Source: Macrostomum lignano (taxonomy: Eukaryota). From it: a stretch of 64,000 nt of DNA. Shown here one piece after another: positions 54,380-64,000 of this stretch. Location: positions 62,001-126,000 of the forward strand of contig NIVC01001508.1 of assembly GCA_002269645.1 (NCBI GenBank). Reading direction: 5' to 3'. The position numbers and the translations under genes were made by a program. The number at the start of each line of letters is the position of its first letter. Positions within the stretch are counted from its first letter, which is position 1. The notes below the pieces were generated by a model, which saw nothing but the letters and a program-made list of their open reading frames with translations, was not told where the DNA came from and ran no database searches.

Positions 54380-54745
54380 ATTTTCACGAGTAACCAAAGG
54401 AAACTCTTAATTAACAAATTCATGAATTGCTGATGTTTCCAAAACAGAGGTTGTTTTAACGTTCTAGTCAATGCATTTAAACATTTTATGTTTTTAAAAA
54501 CATTTTCTGTCAAAACGAGTACTCGTAATTTTTTAGTTCTTTAATTTTTTAGTTTTTAGTTTTTTAATTCTTTTTAAAGAATTCAGTGTTTTATTACATG
54601 CAGTAGCTGTATCCCCTGTGTGTGTTAGAATTTTACGGGTCAGCTACAATAACCGGCACAATCAACTTTGCATGATTTCCGCTCCAGTTTGAAGACATTA
54701 AATTTATATTGGAAAAATCACCGAATTGCTTCCTGTCGAATTCAA

Positions 54746-54752
54746 TATAAAA
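54746..54752 (+). promoter_or_regulatory. TATA box of secreted Cys-rich gene copy 2
   Basis: TATAAAA 78 nt upstream of the ATG, in the same context as copy 1. Confidence 0.6.
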
Positions 54753-54823
54753 GCAAGCGTGCATCGTGATTATAGGCTAAACAATTTCAAAATCAGTGAA
54801 AGCACTGAAAAAACGATTGAACA

Positions 54824-55195
54824 ATGAACTTCAGTTTGAAATTTCGGACTCGAGTCGTCGTGCTGCTGCTTGTGGCAGCCGCAGGCGTCAGTGGCGGCTA
54901 CGACTGCAACCCAGGTTACGCCATAGAGGTCGTTCCGGGCTACGAAGAAGCGCTGATCCGGGGCTTAATGAACGATTTTGGAATGAGCCCAGATGAGCCT
55001 CTCATTCCCGTAGACTACAAGGAACTCGTAACCCAAATGGGTATGACGTTCTGCATGGGCCAAACGGTCAGCCACGACTGGGGCGACCCCTGTGACAAGC
55101 GGGTGGTGCATCAGTGCTCGTTCTGCCCAATTTTTTCACCGGTGTTTTCACCATGCGACAATTCTGACGCTTCGAGATGCTATTTTGCTAAATAA
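54824..55195 (+). CDS. Secreted Cys-rich protein, 123 aa, copy 2 (unknown family)
   Basis: Gap-free paralog of 41711-42082 with all 7 Cys and the DKR site conserved. Confidence 0.85.
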   Translation: MNFSLKFRTRVVVLLLVAAAGVSGGYDCNPGYAIEVVPGYEEALIRGLMNDFGMSPDEPLIPVDYKELVTQMGMTFCMGQTVSHDWGDPCDKRVVHQCSFCPIFSPVFSPCDNSDASRCYFAK

Positions 55196-57156
55196 TAACT
55201 ATACTTATGCATCATCATGCGGTGCCTGCTGCACGAAACCACTGACAACCAATTGGCTATGCGGATGCACTCAGAATCTGGGCTTTTGATTTAAATACAC
55301 GTATTGTACTGAAAGAACTGTTGCAGTCAAATTTTAAGCCTAACTTACGAGCTCGTAATTAACAGTAGGAATACCAAGCCATTTTCCGCCCGTCGAACTA
55401 CCAAAGAGGGGGGAAGTTCCCCCCCCCCTGACAATTTTTTTTGCACCGGAACGGAGCAACGCAGGCACAAGAAATTCAAGAACACGGGCCAACTTTTTTT
55501 GCGCACCTGCTCAAACAAGAATCAAGTCGCCAGCCCTTCAGACCGTCGAGATATTGGACGATTCTGCCAGAATGTCGGATTTTTCCCATAAGTGCTAGTG
55601 TATGATCAGTACACCCCTGTGCGACAAGCAGCACTGCGCCTCAACACAGCCTTGCCAAGTCTCCAAATTTCAATAGCTCGTCGATGTGTCTGTGTCTGCA
55701 TCAGCAGCTGTGACTTCGTTGGTCCTTCAGCCTTCACCCAGGTGGAGCTTCTGGACCTTCAACAGGTGGCACCAGCTGACTATAAACACCCTGATACGAA
55801 TTTCTCGAGTTTCGCTGATCAAGCCTCGACAGTGGGCAAACCTCAACTGCTAGGTATCCTCAGCTAGTCTCTTGAGCATTCCGTCATCACCCGGACACCG
55901 TCGGCACCTTTAACAGATTACACCAGGTGATTATGGACATCCTGTTGCAAATATGTCAGGTTTTTCTTATTTATCAAGCTTCAATAATGGGCAAAACCTC
56001 AACTACCGGACATTCTCAGCTAGTCTATCGAGCCTTCAGTCATCACCCCGACGCCGTCGGGACCTTCAATAGGTGGCACCAGGTGAGTAAGGACACCTGA
56101 GCGTGATTTGTCATCATGCTCTTAACATTTCTGAAGCTCTTAAAATTTTTTAAGCACGTACATTGCTTTAGCTAAGCTTGAACTCATGTTGCTGTACATT
56201 TATATTATTAATACACATATTCTATACATAGGAGCTACATACTATATTTTATTCTACAAGCTGTTTAGTTTATTCAACTACAAGCTGTTGAAACCCGCGG
56301 ATTTTGAACCCAGGGAATTCCAATCCCCGGAACTACTTTTGCATGTATTCTGAAATCTAAGGCCATACACAAACAAAAACTTGTTAATAGTTAGTAGGAT
56401 AGAGGTAGACATAAAATTAGGATTTGAAGCAAACATTGATATTGTTGGCTGGGGTACTTCACAGAATGTCAGGCAATGTCTGTCTGACTCTAAAACATGT
56501 ATTGGCAAACTCTGGCCTCTCCCTGACTCTCCCTATGTCCCTTGGATCCTTTAAAATTTCTATCGTCTCTTCTGTTTCCTCTCTTCTCTCATATCTTCCC
56601 TCATCTCTCTTATCTCTTGTCTCTTCTCTCTACTCTTTCCTCTCTCTCTCCTCTCTACTTTTCGTTTTCTCTCTTCTCTCCTCTCTCCTGTCTCCTCTCT
56701 ACTTATCGTTTTCTCTCTCCTCTCTACTCTTTCGTTTTCTCTCTCCTCTCCTCTCTCCTATCTTCTTTCGTATCTTCCCTCATCTCTCTTCTCTTTCATA
56801 TCTCTTATCTCATCTCTTCCCTTTTCTTTTCTCTCTCTCCTCTCTACTTTTTCGTTTTCTCTCTTCTCCTCTCTCTCCTCTATCCCCCTCTTCTCTCGTC
56901 TCTTCCTTCTCCTCTCTATTCTTTTCTCTCTTCTCTTAACTCTCTCCTCTCTCCTCTTTCCTCTCTCTCCTCTCTCCCCTCTTCTCTCGTCTCTTCTCTC
57001 ACCTCTTTCCTCTCATCTCTTTTCTTGTTTTATCTCTTCTCTCTCCCCTCGTCACTCGTCTCTTCCCTCACCTCTCTTCTCTCTTGTCTGCGTTTTTATC
57101 TCCCCTTTCTCTTATTTTATCTTTTCTTTCTTATCTCTTCTCGTTTCTCTCTGCTC

Positions 57157-57324
<168 letters not shown>

Positions 57325-57432
57325 TCTCCTCTCCCATCTCTCTTCTCCTCTCTACTCTCTCCCCTCTTCATTCTCCTATTTCATCTTCTCTCTCTCTGTC
57401 TCTCCTCTCTCCTCTAGTCTCTGTAATCTCTT

Positions 57433-57967
57433 CTTTTGTATATTCTCAGCATTTATTCTGCATCAACATTTCTATTGTTTCTTGACACCCTGTACTTTTT
57501 TATTACACTTTTTACTTTTACTCTTTTGCTTATCGTACAATTGCTCTTTTTAGTTTTTCACCTTTTTTATTTATTGAGGTCCATTTTGTAAAGTGCTTAG
57601 AGTCACTCTTTCCCCTTTTTAGACACCGGTGCAGTCGCACCATTCCATTATTTATTTCGTGTGTAGGATCGCTGCAGCCCACGTGCGGTTCACGTTATTT
57701 GTGCACTGTTTTTTATTTTGCATTTTCAACTCTAATAGTGTTTTATCGACTCACACCAAGTGTACATACCGTACGCTCTCTATCTACCTGTCTACTCTCT
57801 CTCCCCTCTAACCCGCCTATTTAATAACTTTTACAACACCACTTGTCGCTACTTTTCACTTGCCCTGACGAAGAATTTACCTAATTCGAAATATCGGCAA
57901 CTTAAATCAACTTGACTTGTTTGTCCTTTTTACATGTACCGCGTCCGTGCCTGAGATTGGAGGCGCC
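57433..57967 (+). mobile_element. Penelope-like element terminal fragment inserted in Helitron-like unit 1
   Basis: Absent from unit 2. It contains a TATTTAA motif followed by a hammerhead, and is flanked by a direct duplication of host-unit sequence. Confidence 0.55.
57860..57900 (+). ncRNA. Minimal type I hammerhead ribozyme (Penelope-like element type)
   Basis: UUGCC-CUGACGA-A-GAAUU(UACCU)AAUUC-GAAA-UAUC-GGCAA: stem I UUGCC/GGCAA, stem II GAAUU/AAUUC, palindromic AUAU stem III, predicted cleavage after C57895. Confidence 0.8.
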
Positions 57968-58046
<79 letters not shown>

Positions 58047-60085
58047 TCTCCTCTCCCATCTCTCTTCTCCTCTCTACTCTCTCCCCTCTTCATTCTCCTA
58101 TTTCCTCTTCTCTCTCCCTGTCTCTCCTCTCTCCTCTAGTCTCTGTAATCTCTTCTCTCTTATCTCTCCTCTGTTCTCTCTACTCTCCCATCTCTCGTCT
58201 GTTCACCCTCATCTCTGCTCTCTCATCTGTCATCTTTACTCTTTAATACGTTCTCTCACTTATCTCCTCTGTACTCTTCTCTTTCACCTCTTCTGACTCC
58301 TCTCTTTCCTTACTCCTCTCTTCTTTTCTCTTCCCTCTTCTATACTCTCTCTTCTCTATTATCTTTTCTCGTCTCTCTGCACTCTCCTCTCACCTTTTTC
58401 ATCTCTCATCTTTACTCTCTCATCTCTCCTTTCATTTGTCTCATCTCTACAATCTCATCTCTCCTTTCTCCCCTCTTCTTACACCCCTCTCTTATCTCTA
58501 TCTCTTCTCTTCTCACTCCTCTATCCCCCTCTTATCTCCTCTCTTTTCCTCTCTTTCTACTCTCTCCTCTCCTCTTGACCCTCTGTCATCTTCTTTCTGC
58601 TCTCTCATCTCTACTCTCTTCTCACTCTCCTTTACTCTCCTCTCATCGATCCTCTGTCTCATCTCTCCCCTCTTCTCACCTTTACTCTTTCCTCTCACTC
58701 CTTTCTCCCCTCCTCTCGCTTCTTCCTCCCTTCTTCTCTGCTCTCTCTTCACCACTTGTCTCTCCTCTTATCTTCCATGTTTTCTCTTATCCCCCTCTCG
58801 CCTCTCCTCTCTTCTAATAGTCTATTCCTTCTCCTTTCCACTCTCATCTGGCCCGCACATAAGCTGGATTCTTTATCTGGCTTTTGAAGTAAAAGTCTGC
58901 CGATCCCTGCTTCGAAAGCCAGTTTGTTGGACGTACTACTCTCATCGTTATTCTCATGCTTTGATCACGTCATCTTTCTTGCCAATTTGCAGCCCTGAAA
59001 GGAATTTGTGTATCTTCAGCTCCACTGCAGTCTGCATCAGTCTAACAACCAAGGAAATACGCATTTCTTAGGCCATTTAAATTTCAAAGTACTTTTAAGA
59101 GAAACTTAAAATTTCCATGGTGTGCCTAATTTAGTAGGGTTGTATTTCATTGCATCGCATCGCCTTTTCATAAATCTTTCGCTTTTACAAACCATGCTGG
59201 ATTGCCTCGATTTTCCAATTGCCATCCACTGTTAAACTGCTGCAGAGTTTGCCTATACAGAGGGGAGGGCAGTGGTTAGAATTTCTCACTAAACTGTTAT
59301 GGCTAAACGTAGCCTCTCCACTCTCGGGGTGCGAGATTGCGAGAAGGATATAAATAAAGTTATTCCAAAACACTGTACATTTGCTATGTACATTCAGTCC
59401 TATCGCCTGACCCTTCGTCTGGCTCTGGGGGAATGAGTGAGTGAGTGGCACAAACAACAGAAAAAGCAGACAAACTTCACATGCTTACAGTTTCTTTTTC
59501 GGTTGAGTTACAGAGTTGAAACTTTACATTTAGATAGAGAATGAGTCAATGAAGAATTGTGTCAAGTTTAAAGTCAATCGCTTCACGTGGAGCAAACTTA
59601 TGGCAGCTGAAAGTTAGTCAATTTTGAAACCCTTTTACACATATGGGCCCAGATCGGTATCGGGAAAGAGAGGCAGGCGGGCGGAGGTTGGGGTGGTTGC
59701 TACGCTGAAAAAAAACAGCCTAACTTTAAAAGTGCACAGCGGCTTTAGGATTAACTTTGAGATTTGAAATTTTACACGATTGTGTCAAAATAGCTGAAAA
59801 TTGCCTGTGTCAAATTTGAAGAGAATCGGTAGAAGTGGAGCGGCGCTATGGAGGATTTAGTGAAAAAATCGCGCATTTTGAGCAGTTTTTTGTACTTTTA
59901 GGTAGGAAGACTTGAGTCTAGGAAATTAAAAGGTAGCCTAAGACATTCTCCGTAGTAAGTTTAGGGTGGGTGTAAAGTTTGGTGTCATTTGGTTGAGCGG
60001 TTTGGGAGTCCATAGCGATCAAAATTGTCCACAGACACACAGACAGACAGACACACAGACAGAGTTTTGATTTTTATAGTTAGAG

Positions 60086-61003
60086 ACAAGCTGTTGAAAC
60101 CCGCGGATTTTGAACCCGGGGAATTCCAATCCCCGGAACTACTTTTGCATGTATTCTGAAATCTAAGGCCATACACAAACAAATTAATAGTTAGTAGGAT
60201 AGAGGTAGACATAAAATGGAGCACATTTGTGTAAAATTAGGTTTTGAGGCAAACGTTGATATTGTTTGCTGGAATGCTAGGGTACTCCACAGAATGCCAG
60301 GCAATGTCTGTCTGACTCTAAAACATGTATTGGCAAAATCTGGCCTCTCCCTGACTCTCCCTATGTCCCTTGGATCCTTTAAAATTTCTATCGTCTCTTC
60401 TGTTTCCTTTCTTCTCTCTCATCCCTCGTCTCTCGTCTCTCCTCTCTTCTTTCGTATCTTCCCTCATCTCTCTTCTCTTTCATCTCTCTTATCTCATCTC
60501 TTCCCTATTCTTTTCTCTCTCCTCTCCTCTCTCCTCTCTACTCTTTCGTTTTCTCTCTCCTCTCCTCTCTCTTCTCTCCCCCTCTTCTCTCGTCTCTTCC
60601 TTCTCCTCTCTATTCTTTTCTCTCTTCTCTTAACTCTCTCCTCTACTCTCTCATCTCTCCTCTCTACTCTTTCCTCTCTCTCTCCTCTCTCTTCTCTTCT
60701 CTCGTCTCTTCCTTCTCCTCTCTATTCTTTTCTCTCTTCTCTTAACTCTCTCCTCTACTCTCTCATCTCTCCTCTCTACTCTTTCCTCTCTCTCTCCTCT
60801 CTCCCCTCTTCTCTCGTCTCTTCCCTCACCTCTTTCCTCTCTCTCTTTCCTCTCATCTCTTTTCTTGTTTTATCTCTTCTCTCTCCCCTCGTCGCTCGTC
60901 TCTTCCCTCACCTCTCTTCTCTCTCGTCCGCTCTTTCATCTCTCCTTTCTCTTCTTTTATATTTTCTCTCTTATCTCTTCTCGTTTCTCTCTGCTCTGCG
61001 CTT

Positions 61004-61081
<78 letters not shown>

Positions 61082-63140
61082 CCCATCTCTCTTCTCCTCT
61101 CTACTCTCTCCCCTCTTCATTCTCCTATTTCCTCTTCTCTCTCCCTGTCTCTCCTCTCTCCTCTAGTCTCTGTAATCTCTTCTCTCTTATCTCTCCTCTG
61201 TTCTCTCCACTCTCCCATCTCTGGTCTGTTCATCTGCTCTCTCATCTGTCATCTTTACTCTCTTATACGTTCTCTCACGTATCTCCTCTGTACTCTTCTC
61301 TTCACCTCTTCTCACTCCTCTCTTTCCTTACTCCTCTCTTCTTTTCTTTTCCCTTTCTATACTCTCTCTCCTCTATTATCTTCTCTCGTCTCTCTGCACT
61401 CTCCTCTCACCTTTTTCATCTCTCATCTCTTCTTTGATCTGTCTCATCTTTACAATCTCATCTCTTTCCTCTCTCCTCCTCTTCCCTTTACTCTCTCATC
61501 TCTCCTTTCTCCCCTCTTCTTACACCCCTCTCTTATCTCTATCTCTTCTCTTCTCACCCCTTCTCTCCCCCTCTTATCTCCTCTCTTTTCTATCCTTTCT
61601 ACTCTCTCCTCTCTAATCTCTCATCTCCTCTTGACCCTCTGTCATCTTCTTTCTGCTCTCTCATCTCTCATCTCCTCTCATCTCTTCTCACTCTTCTCTA
61701 CTCTCCTCTCATCGATCCTCTGTCTCATCTCTCCCCTCTTCTCGCCTTTACTCTTTCCTCTCCCTCCTTTCTCCCCTCCTCTCACTTCTTCCTCCCTTCT
61801 TCTCTGCTCTCTCCTCACCACTTGTCTCTCCTCTTATATTCCATGTTTTCTCATACCCCCTCTCGCCTCTCCTCTCTTCTAATAGTCTATTCCTTCTCCT
61901 TTCCACTCTCATCTGGCCCGCACATAAGCTGGATTCTTTATCTGGCTTTTGAAGTAAAAGTCTGCCCATTCCTGCTTGGTAAGCCATGCAGTTTGTGGGA
62001 CGTACTACTCTCATGGTTGTTCTCATGCTTTGATCACGTCATTTTTCTTGCCAATTTGCAGCCCTGAAAGGAATTTGTGTATTTTCAGCTCCACTGCAGT
62101 CTGCATCAGTCTAACAACCAAGGAAATAAGCATTTCTTAGGACATTTAATATTTAAAGTACTTTTAAGAGAAACCTAAAATTTCCATGGTGTGACTAATT
62201 TAGTAGGGTTGTATTGCATTGCATCGCCTTTTCATAAATCTTTCGCTTTTACAAACCATGCTGGATAGTGGATTCCCTCGATTTGCCCATTGCCAATTGC
62301 CATCCACTGTTAAACTGCTGCAGAGTTTGCCTATACAGAGGGGAGGGCAGTGGTTAGAATTTCTCACTAAACTGTCATGGCTAAACGTAGCCTCTCCACT
62401 CTCGGTGTGCAGAGAAGGCTATAAATAAAGTTATTCCAAAACACTGTACATTCGCTATGTACATTGAGCCCTATCGCCTGACCCTTCGTCTGGCTCTGGG
62501 GGGAATGAGTGATTGAGTGGCACAAACAACAGAAAAAGCAGACAAACTTTACATGTTTACAGTTTCTGTTCTGATTGAGTTAGAGAGTTGAAACTTTACA
62601 TTTAGACAGAGAATAAGTCAATGAAGAATTGTGTCAAGTTTGAAGTCAATCGCTTTACTTGGAGCAAACTTATGGCAGCTGAAGGTTAGTCAATTTTGAA
62701 ACCCTTTTACACATCTGGGCCCAGATCGGGAAAGAGAGGCAGGCGGGCGGAGGTTGGGGTGGCTGCCTCGCTGAAAAAAACAGCCAAACTTAAAAGTGCA
62801 CAGCGGCTTTCAGGATTAACTTTGAGATTTGAAATTTTACACGATTGTGTCAAAATAGTTGAAAATTGCCTGTGTCAAATTTGAAGAGAATCGGTAGAAG
62901 TGGAGCGGCGCTATGGAGGATTTAGTGAAAAAATCGCGCATTTTGAGCAGTTTTTTGTACTTTTAGGTAGGAAGACTTGAGTCTAGGAAATTAAAAGGTA
63001 GCCTAAGACATTTTCCGTAGTGAGTTTAGGGTGGGTGTAAAGTTTGGTGTAATTTGGTTGAGTGGTTTGGGAGTCCATAGCGATCAAAATTGTCCACACA
63101 CACACACACACACAGAGTTTTGATTTTTATATGTAGAGAT
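60086..63140 (+). mobile_element. Non-autonomous Helitron/Helentron-like unit 2 (head-to-tail with unit 1)
   Basis: Same 5' and 3' ends. 60086-60400 matches 56279-56580 and 61890-63140 matches 58830-60085. Confidence 0.55.
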
Positions 63141-63308
63141 TAAAATAGCCTAAAGCCTGCTCCGGAAAATTTGCAGTTTTCCCATATAAGTTTCAACGCT
63201 GACTTGGCAGAATTGTAGGAGTTCACTTACAACATACATACAGACAAACATCGCACCAACTTTAGTATTAACGGTTTTAGTATTAGGAGAGAGAAGATAG
63301 AAGATAAT

Positions 63309-64000
63309 ATACCTTTTTACGTTCTATTTGATAAAAACTGCAACCAATTTGGCCACGGCTCAGCCTGACCATAGACATAGAATTTTCCACAGACAGCCAC
63401 CGCCAGCGGCAACCAATTTGGCAAAAACTGCGAGCTATTTTGCCAGCTTGAAGATAGCAGCTGCTCTGATGGCGAATCGTGGGCCGTACCAAAAGATAAG
63501 TCAGCTGGATCGAGAGCGAATCGTGAGAGCGTACAGGAGTGGCGATGACTGGGGAGAGCTTGGCAGAATGATGGGGATGAAGAAACCGACAGTGAGGAAC
63601 ATCGTGACCACGTATGAACGAACTGGTAGAGTTGGCACTCTGCCAAAAGGAGGAGTGAAGAGGATGGCGCTGACGGAGGCTATGGTGGACACCATTGTTC
63701 AATTCGTCGAAGGTCAACCTACTGCCTCTCACGCCTCTCAAGTGCCTGCGCTGGATCAACCATTCCCAGACGTACTTCAATCGGTGCTTGAATGCTGAGG
63801 ACATAATGTTCTGACTTCGTGCATGTATTGTTAACATTCTTTATCGTTATTGTTATGCTATTGAGCTGCTATCTTCAAGCTGGCAAAATAGCTCGCAGTT
63901 TTTACCAAATTGGTTGCCGCTAGCGGTGGCTGTCTATGGAAAATTGCTGCGGCTGCGTCAGGCTGAGCCGTGGCCAAATTGGTTGCAGTTTTTATCAAAT
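63309..64000 (+). mobile_element. Internally deleted Tc1/IS630-like DNA transposon with long TIRs and an HTH remnant
   Basis: 63326-63467 is the reverse complement of about 63861-64000. Between them, MANRGPYQKISQLDRERIVRAYRSGDDWGELGRMMGMKKPTVRNIVTTYERTGRV is a paired-like HTH of Tc1 transposases. There is no DDE domain. The right end runs off the window. Confidence 0.8.

Larger units (their letters stand above)
54380..55340 (+). repeat. Segmental duplication, copy 2
   Basis: Matches 41299-42216; its left edge abuts the truncated Gypsy gag. Confidence 0.9.

Overview
Eukaryotic genomic DNA with spliced GT-AG genes and minisatellite-filled introns. The tegument-allergen-type EF-hand module and the repeat style point to a free-living flatworm such as Macrostomum (inference). 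Genes built by hand from splice sites and frames: the last two exons of an SGK-family kinase; a 6-exon gene that appears to fuse two canonical EF-hands to a ribosomal protein eL6 (RPL6) domain; a phospholipid scramblase and its tandem pseudogene; a secreted PAN/LamG-like protein (minus strand); BORCS6; an intron-containing, bacterial-type S49 (SppA/SohB) peptidase; a pacifastin-like inhibitor; two paralogous secreted Cys-rich 123-aa proteins with a strong excess of amino-acid changes; and a Mab-21/cGAS-like nucleotidyltransferase. Mobile DNA: a 5'-truncated, frameshifted Gypsy element, nested LTR fragments with a tRNA-Trp primer-binding site, two tandem non-autonomous Helitron/Helentron-like units (one carrying a Penelope-like fragment with a minimal hammerhead ribozyme), and an internally deleted Tc1-like element. 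There is no CRISPR array. The strongest leads are the EF-hand-eL6 fusion, the S49 gene as a horizontal-transfer candidate, the fast-evolving secreted pair, and inverted intronic minisatellites around scramblase exons 3-4. All family assignments come from motif recognition, not database searches. Repeat boundaries are approximate.
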